DNA of 64,000 nucleotides from Lama glama. Lineage: Eukaryota. The DNA lies in assembly GCA_028534125.1 (NCBI GenBank), contig CM052817.1:102984001-103048000 (forward strand). The letters run 5' to 3'. Position numbers and translations under genes: made by a program. Below are positions 40,259 to 52,204 of this stretch, piece by piece (position 1 is the stretch's first letter; each line of letters begins with the position of its first letter). The notes beneath the pieces are model-generated. The model was not told the DNA's origin. It made no database searches and saw nothing but the letters and a program-made list of their open reading frames with translations.

Positions 40259-41628
40259 TTGTGGAGATGTAAGAAACAGTGTATTATAAACATTTTCATC
40301 ACTCTTTTATATGTTCCAATAGAATCTTCTACCAAGAATATTTGATACTCCATCAACCACAATCTATTTGAAAAATGCAAGACAATCTCTTCTTTAATAT
40401 ACAAAATTTTTACATTATCCCATCTTCTTCTTGAATTCATATTTCCTTTCAACATTCATCACAGAGTTTTATTCAAATATAATGTTTTAAGCTTGAAAGT
40501 CTATTTTTGTTCATCCTATCACATTTTTCTGTCATAGAATAAGTACAGAAATTTAAATGAGAAATTTAAATTTTCTTCTATGATCACGAGTCTCTAAGTT
40601 TTAAAAATTTTTTCTCAATTGAGTTATCAGTATTATTATTAGTAGTTGATAACTGATCAAAACAACATATAAATAATGGATAAATAATTACTAATTATAA
40701 AAAGTATTTTTGGAAATGCATCTTTTAATAAAATGGATGGGGCTGTTAAAATTAATTTATGTGGTCAAGGATAAATATTATCTATTACTAGAATGAGGTG
40801 GACCCCAGCCTAAGCTTCATTATTCCTTTTCCTTATTTAATAGAAACACTGAAAGGGGAAAAAAATAAATAAATAAAAAGCATGTTAGAAAACAGATAGG
40901 AATGAAAATAATTCAGTAGAGTTCCTCAGTTCTCTAAATTCCTTCTCAGTTACAGGCCAAAAATCTCATGGCGATCTATTTATCAAAAGTAAGTATTTGA
41001 TGCAATATGATAACTTGATTAGGTTCTCTTTCATTTGTGTTGAAAGCAATACTTGGGAAACTATTAAATTGCAAAAGGTTTGCCCATAGCAGTAGGTCAT
41101 TCCCTTTCTCACCGCCCACTGCAATGTATCTGTTCTTTCATTTCCTTCCAGAGGTTTTCCCACTCTGAGGCGATGCACCATGGTAGGAATGAGGATGGGT
41201 AAAAGCTGTGCCCTCGTTTCCTTTGTGGGAAAGTGTGGAAAGGATGACTTTGAAAAGAGAGGCGAGAAAGGAGGGCCGGCTTACAAATCCTCAAACTCAT
41301 CCACATTAGGAATGATCAAAGATAGAAACTGAAGACTGGGAAATTGATTTCTGTGAAACTGCTGATGATCTAATGGCCCTGAGACTGCCTTCGTGTGTGC
41401 CCAGTAGAATGTGTGCCTGCTTTCCTGTGAAAATGACTGCTCTGTGTTCAGCCACACAGACTCAGGCGCCCTGATCTGAACCACCATCCACCCTCCCAGC
41501 TCTCTCTCTTTAGAGGCAAGTAACCTCATTTCTCTGTTGACATATGGAGTGTGGCACACAGCACTTTTACAGATAAGTATTTGCAGCTTACCCAGGTCTG
41601 CCTCTCTATAAATTATGGAATTAACTTT

Positions 41629-41836
41629 TTCTTTTTTTTAGTTGAAGTACAGTCAGTTACAATGTGTCAATTTCTGGCATACAGCATAATGTCCCAGTCA
41701 TACATATGTGTACATATGTTCACGTTCATATTCTTTTTCATCATAGGTTATTACAAGATATTGACTATAGTTCCCTGTGCTATATAGAAGAAATTTGTTT
41801 TTTATCTATTTTTATATATAGTGGTTAACACTTGCA
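41629..41836 (-). mobile_element. Young L1 3' end plus poly(A), forming the 3' end of the composite element
   Basis: T-run then gttgaagtacagtcagttacaatgtgtcaatttctgg...ataggttattacaagatattgactatagttccctgtgctata. L1 similarity stops at about 41836. Confidence 0.9.
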
Positions 41837-42753
41837 TTTGGAAACCCTTGCATCTATGACATACAAACATATAAAACAGAGAACTTATATCTGTTTTCAT
41901 TTTAAAATTTTAGTCATGAATCAGATATAACTATGTAAAACCTATTCCTTACAAAAGAAGTTGGGTTTAAATTGGGTTTCTGGCAGATAGAACAAATTAA
42001 AGTTGCCCATCTAGATGGCTAAACCTTTTTACTAATATTTGTGAGAAAGAGACGAAATTTTTCTTTGTCCTTAACAAGTAAAGTTCCAAACTATTTAATC
42101 TCCCCTTTTTGAAATTTGCATTTTAAAAGATGGTAAGATCAGAGTTCCTGGAGAAGACAAGGTAGGATATTTGTATCTCAAAGGCACAGGAAGGTAAGTT
42201 TCTCCTAGAAAGACTTTGTTCCCTTAAAGCCAGAAAAAGGAAAAATCTTTCCTCAATACTTGTAAGTCTCTTAAGATAAGTAGGAGAGGTTTCGGGAGTG
42301 GTAGATGGCCTCCCATTTGGCAATCTATTTACAAACACTTTTGAGAATCCTTTTTGGATTTGAGAAGTTTTTAATTACGGCTCTCAGTTCGGCCTTTGAT
42401 CTGGAGAGGCTTGCCTAGAGAGCCCTGTGGTCCCATTTCTAACTGTAGCCTGATGATAGTAACTCTGTCAGGAACCTCAGTTTAGACAGCAGGGTTCACT
42501 TGAGAAACAATGTGGGGTGGAAGGGAACCTCTGGCTTGGGACTGAGGCAGACTCCCTTGGGCCAAGAGCCCAAGAGCAGTCATTTCTCTTGGTGGGTGTC
42601 ATTCATGTAAGCGTCTCCATATTGGATTATTGTCTGGAATTTAGTGAGCAGGTCCCTTCCTAATGAGGGGATGAGGCACTCAGCCACCAGCAGAAACTGA
42701 TGTGCAGAGGTAAAATTCTCTAGCAGGCAGCTAAAAGGAGGTTGGGATATGAA

Positions 42754-42960
42754 TCACTTGGTTCGGGGCTTTCCATCAGTCCCCATTATTACACAGGATT
42801 GGGAGGACAAGTGTCCAGGGAAATCAGTCAGCACAGAGTAGCCAGTCCCTGTATCTAATAAGAAAACCACTTTTCTACCTGCCATGTCAAGGGTTACCGA
42901 AGTCTTCTCTGGAGAAATGACCAGGTGTCCTTTGGGAACCAGGGAGTTCCTGGGCCCCAT
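42754..42960 (-). pseudogene. pro: Retroviral aspartic protease remnant
   Basis: ORF contains VTLDMAGRKVVFLLDTGTGYSVL (LLDTG active-site motif) and the flap-like VIMGTDG. Immediately follows the gag stop TGA at 42962-42960; truncated by a stop. Confidence 0.9.
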
Positions 42961-43365
42961 CAGTCTTCAGTCAGCTCGGCCATCATTGGTTTGGGAGCCC
43001 CCTCTTCCAGACCTGGGGCAGCCCCTCTTCCAGTGGCCTTTTTGTTTGCATATGGGGCAGGGTCCTGATGGACTTTTCCCAAACATGGGGCATTCATCCT
43101 TCTAGTTGCCCCTCCTGGCTGCACTTAAAACAGGTCCCTTCTCAGCAAGACAGTGGCTCTGATCCAGGTGTCCTGGATCTTGTCCTTGTCATGCGTCTTC
43201 ACAAGCGCAGGTAACCCTGAGGTGATGCAGGAGTTAGGGCTGCCGCTAAGAACTGTGCCTTTTGCTGTTGTCCCTGAATCCTTTCTGCCTCTTTAACCCT
43301 GTCTCTATTGTTAAATACTCCAAAAGCCAAATCCATAAGCCGATTCACGGGGGTCTGGGGTCCCC
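42960..43365 (-). pseudogene. gag: Retroviral gag remnant (capsid C-terminus and two CCHC zinc knuckles)
   Basis: Hand translation gives GPQTPVNRLMDLAFGVFNNRDRVKEAERIQ...AQFLAAAL, then CFKCSQEG (frameshift and stop) KDECP, then CPICKQKGHWKRGCP, ending ELTED*. Confidence 0.9.
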
Positions 43366-43966
43366 AGCTGCCCAGAAGGAGCCTTAGGGGTAGACGACCG
43401 GGAAGACTGTCCCCCCTCAGGTCAGGGGAGGTGAAAGTTCCCGGCTGTGGCCCTCGGGGAGGTGAACCTGTACGGGGTCATCTGAAACACTGAGCTCCTG
43501 TAAAAGATGCTTTGGAGAGGTGGGAGGCAGGCATTCCCAGCAGGAGTTCCTTAAACCTGAGTCTTGGAATCAGGTCAGGGACACTTGGACATACAGGACT
43601 TCTCCTGTTTACCTTCTTTTTGTAATTCAATGATGCAGCTGGAAAAAGTGGCCACAGGTCCAGGGCCTAATCTTTCAGAGAGGGAAGGAGAAGGCCTAGG
43701 CCTGAGACAACTAAGTGGATTATCTTCTGCAAAAAAAGGGGAAACAAATAGAGCCAAAAGGTAGGGCTAGAGCGCAACAAGGCAGTGAAAATGAGCTTCA
43801 GGTATCAATAGACAGTCAGTCTGAGGAGCCAGGATGGAGGAGGATGTAAGAGAAATCCAGGGCACAGAGGGAAGGTGTACAGCCAAGATGCTTCCCAGAG
43901 GAGAAGAGAGTTGGCAGGAAGGTGTACACAGCGCTTCCTAGATCAGAGCTCTGTGGGCGCACTAAG

Positions 43967-44212
43967 GGAGTGCCCGCCCCAACTCCCACTCAGGGGTGTA
44001 ATGAAACCACGACCGCAAGAGGGGTGCCAAGACCCATGACCCGTGAAGGGAGTGTTTGCCTGTGACACCCACTCAAGGGTGCATAAACCCATGACCCCAC
44101 CCCGGGGTGCAAAAACCCCTGACCCGTGAAGAGAGTGTTTGCTGGCAACTCTCGCTCAGGGGTGCAAAACAACGTGATCTGCAAAGGGAGTGCCTGCCTG
44201 CAATTCCCACCT
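43967..44212. repeat. Degenerate VNTR of ~27-28 bp units in the ERV leader
   Basis: Recurring gggagtgYYYgc...caactcccactca and ggggtgcaaaacccatgacccgtgaa units. Confidence 0.85.
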
Positions 44213-44839
44213 ACGGATGCAATGTGGCCTTACGCCTGGAGGGCAGTCGGGGAGGGCCGGACTGCAACTTTTTAAAGGGGAACTACCAGAGTCTCCTAAT
44301 TTGGGCCCCCTTTCATGGTTCCGGCATCCTGGAACCGGACTGAGACTAAGACCACATAGGGATGCAGAATTAGGCTCAAGGAACCACAGAGGGGAAGTTC
44401 GCTCAACCAGGTTGCTGATTACTTGCCACATGGTCTTAGTTTGGATGTCCAAGTGGTCCCCTTGGTGGATCTTCTCGAGCCCAAAGAGATAGAGTGTTAG
44501 GGGAGAATGAGAAAGGATCAAGGGGAGAAAAGCCTAGGGCTCGATGGCTCCTTCATCACTAGAGAGCCGGTCTCTGCCGGATCCTGCAGGCAGCGTCAGC
44601 CGCCACCTAAGGGCTACTTGAATCTGGACGGCCCGGAAGAAACCCCCTGCCACCCCTCAAAGAGAGGGGAACAGCAGCCCATTAGGCAGATGGAGATTAT
44701 GCCCTTTGAGCCCTGTTTCTTTATTTAAAGGCCCCATGATGGATGCCAGAGAGATGATACAGGGGAAAAAAAATGAATATGGGGTGTGAGGAGGGCCGTG
44801 TGCCAGGTCTTGGTTGAGCCCCTGGGATGAACCCACCAA

Positions 44840-45068
44840 GTATGGGTCCTTAGCTTCACATGGGAAGGAATTTAAAAGCGAACTCCAGTTGAGTAAAGGT
44901 AGATTTATTTAGAGAGATACATGCTATATAGAGTGCAGGCTGTCTCAGAAGGCGAGAGAAAGGCCAAAAGGTGTGGGGGTCGCGGGCTCAGGTTAAAGTA
45001 AAAGCAGGTACACACTCTATGGACAGAGTGCGGGCCGTCTCCGAAGATGAGGGAGTGAAACAGGCACC
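44840..45068 (-). mobile_element. Partial MER41-like 5' LTR (R/U5 only, U3 absent)
   Basis: Minus strand aataaatctacctttactc...ttcgcttttaaattccttccc...aaggacccatac. Shares cacca(a)agtatgggtcct with the LTR at 5697-6288. Internal duplicated motif cttcggagacggcccgcactct / cttctgagacagcctgcactct. Confidence 0.8.
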
Positions 45069-45714
45069 TGGAACTAACTTTCTAATGAACAAATAATTAT
45101 ACACAAATTTAACTTTATTGGTCATAGAGACAAAACCTAATGCGCAGGAGTTACAGGTTAAGTTGGATGATCCCATGATCTATTGTAATATTAAAGGCTC
45201 TTCAATGTCTTTTAGCAGCTTCTCTTTCCTCTTTTCCCAAAGTCTCCATCTGTTTCAATAAGAAAAGGAATACTTCTCTGAAGCAGTGGAAATCATTTTG
45301 AAATATCTTTCTTCATTTTTAAGCAGTAAATTTCCCAACAACTTAGAGCAATAATACTTAAACTTGTTTTCCCAAGGAATATGGAGAAAGGTGAACATTT
45401 GTCCCCATGAGGAAATGCATTTTTGCAAAGACAGGTAAAATGTGCCTTCAACTGCAGAGGGCGTCGTTAATTCTACGAAGCCCACCCATGGTTAAGGAAC
45501 CCTTTAGGCAACACATCAGGAATCCTAGAGACAGATTATCTCTTAGAGCATATAGTGTACAACATTTTAAGTAATGAAAGTAGGTAAGCACTATTTTAAC
45601 ACAAAGAAAGTTTTGTTAATTATTCACCAAAAAAATGGGCTAAGATTTCTTAAAATGGTCAATTTCTCTTGCCTATTTGAAGTATTTCAAGGTGTAGTGG
45701 CCCCATGCTATTGA

Positions 45715-45946
45715 AGATGAAGCACAGAACTTGGAGTCAGACACTGAGATCCTGATTCAGGGGCTCATTTCACTGCTTCTGTGACCTTGAATCATATCTA
45801 TCGTTTCTGAGCCTCTCCCATCACTTACTTACTAAATGTGGATAATATCCCCATCTTGTAGGGCTGCTGGGAGGATGAAAGAAAGTAATGAAAGGCGATA
45901 TATAGTACCATGTCTTGACTGTGAGAGTGCTCAATAAATGGTAGCT
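45715..45946 (+). mobile_element. MIR
   Basis: agcacagaacttggagtcagac...ctgtgaccttg...tctgagcctc...gtagggctgctgggaggatgaaa...gtgctcaataaatggtagct. Confidence 0.85.
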
Positions 45947-47669
45947 CTCACTTTTTAAAGGTAGATTAACTATTTCAGGAGCTTTTCCATTTCACAAAGT
46001 GAGATGCACAAGCAGGCTACTCTTAACAGAAGCCTTAAGAACATGTGAAATTGAGAAGGTAGAAAAAAGGAGGTTTTTGGACTCTTCAAAGAGGACCAGG
46101 AGCCCTTTGGTGGATTTTGCGAATCTAGGCTGCTTATTTTTGGATCTTATATCCTCTTCGTGGAACAAAAGCCACACTGGTGAACTCTGATGAAAATCAG
46201 ATCAATGAGATCAATGAGAATTCTAGGCCTCCTAAAAATCTTTGTCCTTGGGCAATAAGGAATGGATCTGTTGTTAACTTAGGGTTATGCAGTCAAGATT
46301 ATAAACAAGGGGTGTATATTAAAAGTTCTATCCCGCAGAGCGTAGAATGACTTTGGTATAAATTTTTAAGAAGTTTGACCTTCTCCTCCAGGTTGCTTAC
46401 TCATCCCCTCCAAGTGACACAATGACAAAATATTTGTAAACTTACTCATTTTAATGAAAGACAAATATGAAGTTGAAATAAATTTGATTTCCTTTTTCCC
46501 CCTGAAATCTCAAGTGGAGAATGATTTCCCAAACAGTATTTCTGAAAGTTTGGACTAGTCTACGCTTTAATAGTATTAAAAAAAAAAAAAAGCCAAACAT
46601 CCCTGGTGATGAATTTTAAGCCAATGGAAAATTGAAAAGATCAAACCTCAAACTTCTGAGCAAGACAGCTTTGAAAGCAAACGCTAACAGCCCCACCGCT
46701 GGGCACTGCAATGATAAACAGATGAACTCTTCCGTATGTGCCCCGATTCCAGTTACACCCATTGGCCGGAGGCACTCTTGGCCAAACCCTGCTGCTGTAA
46801 CCACCAGGCACTGGTGAGGAAGGAGCCAGAAATAATAAGCTGGAGCTCAGGCAAAAGCCAAGAGGAAACACTTGATGTCAGATACGAGCTTGCCATTGTT
46901 TGTGAGAGAACATGGATGGAGGAAAGAGTGAAGCCCTGTGCAGCTAAGACTAGATGTATATACGCTGACGATCGGGGTGGATCTTACTGTCCCTGGCCCC
47001 TCTCAACTGCCTCGAGATCATCCCTTCCTGGTATGTACTTTAATGGTGACATGCATGTCTAGGCTGCTATCCAGAGTTATTCTAGTGTTAAGAATGTTTT
47101 TTTTAATAATAAATACATGAAATAATAAAACATCATACAGATGTTTATCAGCATTAGCCAAGCTCATTTCATATGGTTGTGACACTATGTCCATCCACTC
47201 GTGGGGAATTCATTTTGCTAAAGGGGACAAATGACCTCCTGGGCCTCCCCTGATCACACTCAGCTTTTGTTTTCACAAGTATGTGATGGGGAGGCAGCGA
47301 GGGAGAAAAATCTTGCTAAAGACATGGATGTCCACTCTCCTTATATGCCCCCCCACCCCAGCTGTTCCTATCAAGATGTCCCCACAAAGGGCATTGCTGA
47401 TCCCACAGAGAAGGTCAAGACTGGCAACTCCTGTCAACAGAAGCCACAGAGATTCTGGAAACCAGTTGATGTTAAACTGACCTAGAATCATATAGTTTCT
47501 GAACTTGGCTTTTCCAAGGTTTTTTAGCAAGCCACAAGGCAATTTAACTTGCCATTTACAAGATTTTGTTCAGTGGTGCCAATTCCATCTGAACTGTATA
47601 ATAACATTTAGGTAGCCAAAGTGCCAATGAGAACCAAAAGGGACCCCAAAAATGGTAATATTGAAAGAT

Positions 47670-48235
47670 ACTGTTCAATAAACATTTATAAGTTACTTAG
47701 TGTTTATCTGTTATGTGCCAGACACTGAAACTACAAAATTAAGTGTCATTGCCCCTACTCTTAGGATGCTCACACTCTGAGAGGAAGAAAGAGTTACAGG
47801 GGACAACATCGTACTACAATATGACCGTGCTCAGCGACAGAGGTACAGACAGGAGCAGGAAGGAGGTCGTGATTAGTCTTTTAAAATCAGTTCCGGCTTC
47901 CCAGAGAAGGCAGGGTTTTTTTCGTTCAGTTAGGGAGGATAAGTTGTATGTCATCTAGCAGTAAGGTGGCCAGAGGGAAAAGGTATTCCATGAATAGAAA
48001 ACAGCATGAACAAAACAAACCCAGGGGCTGCATTTGTATAATAAGAGTGAAAGCTGGATGATGTGAAGCCCAGGAGAGTGGGAGAGACACCGCTGCTTGA
48101 CTGCTTTCCTGAGAAGCCTGACTTGATCCCATGAGGAACCGCAGGTAATTTTTAGCAAAGAGATGGCATAGCTACGTCTGGCCTTTAAAACATTAACTCT
48201 GATGGCAAGGTAAAGAATGGATTGAAAAGCAAAAA
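47670..48235 (-). mobile_element. L2 fragment
   Basis: ttcaataaacattta...tatgtgccagacactg...gtaatttttagcaaagagatggcatag...ctttaaaacattaactctgatggca. Confidence 0.7.
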
Positions 48236-48403
48236 ATGAGGGAAAATCTCTCAAGGTACCCAATGAGAATGCAAATTATACAAAAAGTACCAATTAATTC
48301 TAACTTGGAGCAATGAATACAGTTGATTAATGAGGGCCAAATAAGGTCTTAGGCTCCTTTTACCTCGATCCAATGATTTCTGTTGCCTGTCTGGCTGCGC
48401 GGA

Positions 48404-48514
48404 CAGTCAGCCCTTAGGAACCTCGGCTTCTGCATCTGTGGATTCAACCAAATCTTTGATCCTCTGTTGGTTGAATCCACAGATGCAGAACCTTTGGATA
48501 CAGAGGGCCAACTG
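48404..48514. mobile_element. Palindromic MER2/Tigger-type MITE
   Basis: Termini cagtcagccct ... agggccaactg; perfect 24-bp inner inverted repeat at 48428-48451 and 48467-48490. Confidence 0.85.
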
Positions 48515-51500
48515 ATAAATGTCAGGTGTAAAACTACTCAAGATTCAAATTAAAAAAGCAGGACCACATTGAAGAGCATTTGGTGTCCTGGCACCCCAGA
48601 TGTCTGCAGTGCTGAAGGCTTACTGTCAACAGCCTGGTGGGGCACTTGAAGGGAAGTATCGTGTCACAGAAGGCTATAGGAAGTCATGATGCCCAGCTGC
48701 TTGTGGAAAGCTATTCTCAGCAGGACTTTGGTACTGTGAACTGTCTGGATAAAGACACAGCTGTATGAATCCCTGGTATTAAACAACGTGTCAAGTACCT
48801 GGCAGCCCAGTGCTGCCAGTGCGCAGAGGGGAAGGTACCTGCTGGCGTCACTGCCCCAGCTCCTGCCTTCCTGCTTCCATGTGTGGGCTCCAATAAGAAC
48901 TTTCTTCCTGGAGGCAAAGGATGACTTCTTGATGTAAGGGCTCTGGGACCATGTCCTTGTACCTCGTCTTTGATGGTTTTGCTCAGCCTCCTGCTTGCCT
49001 GCCTGGCTCTTGTATATTCTGGGACCCTAACCAGGCCACACCTAGTCGAGATCCCTGCCCTAACTCCCCCATACCACTCTCTCATTTGTAACTTCTTAGC
49101 CCCAGTCTAGACTTGCTCAGGGTTCTGGCCCAAATAACAAAAATGGCTCAGAGATTAAAAAATATACATATTGTTAAGTCCACTCTCCCAGTAATAAGAT
49201 GTAGATATGGAGATAGATGTAGTATATATTTGAAAAAAGTAACTATAGCCACCAACATTTCTATTTTTTCCGCTTCTACATGTGCCATTCCATCAACCAT
49301 TCTTCATATAAAAAGCTTATAAATCTCCCACCCTCTTGGTCACTCCTCCTGGGAAAACTCATCATTTTGTCAACGTCCTTTTAGTATTTCCAGAGTATTG
49401 TGTGAACATCTGGAGATGATACTTCTGTTAACACCGTGTAAGATTCAATTTTCTCAACATCCATGTCACGCTGTTGACTCATTTTAAGTTTGGGGCCAAA
49501 TGAAACCCTTAGGTCAACTATTTATCAAACCGTCTGCTCTTAAGTCATATGCTGATTAATTCTGCTAGTAATAAACTAACAAGGAAGAAGGTTTAAGGAC
49601 TGGTAAAGAATTAGCTAGTCTAGGCAAGAATCAGCAAAAATATATTTTCAGAAAAAATATATTTCCATTTGAAACTGCCTGTTTTTAAGGCAATTTATTT
49701 TTTTTTTCCATTTGGCAACATCATGAAGTTGAGTAAGATGGTATTATGTAAAGTATTTTGAGTTCTAACCAACATTGCAGTATGTATGAATAAATCTATA
49801 GCTAATGATACTAAAATCTTTATTTTTTAAATAATATTTATCTGAAACTTTAATTCGAAATAGTTACACAGACATTTATTGAGTAAAACTAAAACATATG
49901 TGAGGCACTCTGATATCTTCCATTCACCAATATACTGTTTATTTTGTTGGATTCAACGTTACTATACCAGGACCAGGGCCAAGGCTGGGCGAGCTGTTGA
50001 ATGAATCTAAGAGAGTACTTTCTGTCCACTGTGTTTTAAAACCCTATCAGCACACTGTAAAAACCATTCATGTCTCACCATGTTTGGCATGTGCTCTTTG
50101 GGGACAAATACACGTTTTACTTTGGGTGTGTTCTTTAAATGCAAACGCTTTGATAATGTGCGTGTGGGAAAAGAAACTCTTCTATAGTTGGGCCAAAAAA
50201 AAAAAAAATCCTCTTCTCTGCTTTCCACAATCAAGAGATTGCATATTACACTTATAAACCTAAAAGTAATAGTTCTAAAAGACAGTGCCATGGTGTTGGA
50301 AAATATATTTCCTGATTTCATTTTCTAAAATTGTATTGAGCCATTATGCATGAAAGCATGTAGCCACTGAGCACTGCGGGTTCCCTCCCAGGGAAATGTC
50401 CCACAGGGAAGGACAGACACAGCCTTCACACATCCAGTTCCCTAATATGTGCTTTTAAAAGACCCATGAAGTATTGAGAAAATATTACGATTTTACTATT
50501 TAGCTCCGTAATCTTGAGAACTTTGTTAAAACATTTGACTCATTTTTAAAACAGAATTTCTTTGCAAAATCAAATTACTTTCTCCAGGAATATTAAAAAA
50601 AAATCCCTTCCCAATATTACTTTCTTTTTTTGAAAAAAAAAAAGAAGAATGATTTCCTTTGAGAACATGGGATCTCTGATGCTCTCATGCCTCTGATAAG
50701 TTCCCTGTCCAATTATCTATCATCACCCATGTGATTCACACCCTGCACTTAGATTTAGTGGCTAAAAAAAAATCACATCCAGGAAAGATCAAACGAAACA
50801 GGTCAGAGGGACAGAGCACGGATAATTCTGAGCACACAGATGTTCAACAGAGACAGTTTAGAAACTAACATGGAAATATCACTGCATTTGTGATGCCACC
50901 ACACTGTGGCCGTTAACAACAGAGAAGCCATTAAACAATGTGTGTTCACCTGACCTGCAACAGTTATATTTACCGTGTGGTTGTTTCTCTCATTACACCA
51001 TGGTTGTACCAGGTTATAACTGCTACAGATTGCTTTTTAGACACTGAAGAATCAGTCTGGAAAGGAATTAGCTGAAGACTTAATGGTAAAAAAGAATACA
51101 ATGGGGTTTCCTTTAGTGGGTCCTAGTGGTCACTGCCAGTTTACTGTAACGCCCTGTAAAAATGTAAATTTGAAGACAGCAGCCCTCCCACCAAAGGTAA
51201 TTTGCTTTAGGAGCCAAGGGCTCGTCGCAGTGCTGTGTTTTAGAAACAAAAATGGCAAAAGAGAGAAACAGAACAAAGTAGAGGAAATATTCAAGCTGGA
51301 TACAGAGGATGGCTGTGTCAAATGAGTGTGAGATCAGAGCTCACAGAGCCACCTGAGAATAGAAATCAAAGGTGACCTTTCCAGACTGAGGTCATGCACC
51401 TCATCCAAGGTCTGACCACACAGTGCCGACTCTTAGAGACCTCCAACTGATGGTCACCGTCAGATTGTTAGCCTCCACAGGAAGGCAGAGATTTCATATA

Positions 51501-51992
51501 TCTACCTCTTGGGCAAGATTGGCTATGAAAGTCTCTATGCTGGGTGCTCTGAGAGATGAGAAGATCTTCCAGGCTTATGTTCTGAGTTTTATCCTCAAAG
51601 TGTCTAGAAGAGGAGATAAAACAGGTCCACAAATAACTGTAATCCAGGGTAGACTCTGACAAGAACTGGGAAAGGAGCATACGTAGCTGTGGGAATTGAG
51701 AAGAGGGAAGGGACCACTGAGCAGGGCCAAGAGGAGAATACATGTGAGAAAGGTCAGAGATGGCTTCACAGAGGAGATGGCATTTTCTCAATCCGGTAAT
51801 GCACTGGTTGACTTATTCACTTATTCATAAATCTTGTAGCATCCTTCTCCAGGTTGCTCTGGAGGCCTCTTCATGGAAAGCTGAGAAAGAGCAGAAGATG
51901 GGTTTCATCAATGTAGCGCCGTGTTAGATAAGAGGGTCAACACTTCTTGACAGAGGTGTTAATTAAATGAAGCTAGAAAAACAGGAGTCCTT

Positions 51993-52204
51993 GCTACTGT
52001 CCGGTACGGTGGCCACCAGCCACACCACGTGTGGATGTTCATATTCAAATTAATGAAAGTTAAATTAAGCTTAAAATTCAGTTCTTCAGTTGCACTACAT
52101 AAATTTCAAGGGCTCAACAGCCATATGTGGCCAATGGCCCCCATGTTGGTCAGAGCCATTACAGAATATTTCCAGCATGGCAGAAAGTTCTATTGGACAG
52201 CACT
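51993..52204 (-). mobile_element. MER3-like hAT-Charlie MITE
   Basis: ctgtccggtacggtggccaccagccaca...aaattcagttcttcagttgcacta...cagaaagttctattggacagcact. Confidence 0.85.

Larger units (their letters stand above)
41837..44840 (-). mobile_element. Internally deleted class I ERV internal region (leader, gag, pro remnants; no recognisable RT, integrase, env or 3' LTR)
   Basis: Gag and protease motifs listed separately, followed by an AT-rich non-coding region of the kind seen in MER4-group internal sequences. Confidence 0.85.

Noticed and set aside
43967..44212. CRISPR-like repeat array
   Set aside because: Mammalian DNA, no unique spacers, no cas genes; it is a VNTR inside an ERV.
45992..47542. 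Cluster of 60-108 aa ORFs on both strands
   Set aside because: No recognisable domain or consistent splice structure; lengths expected by chance.
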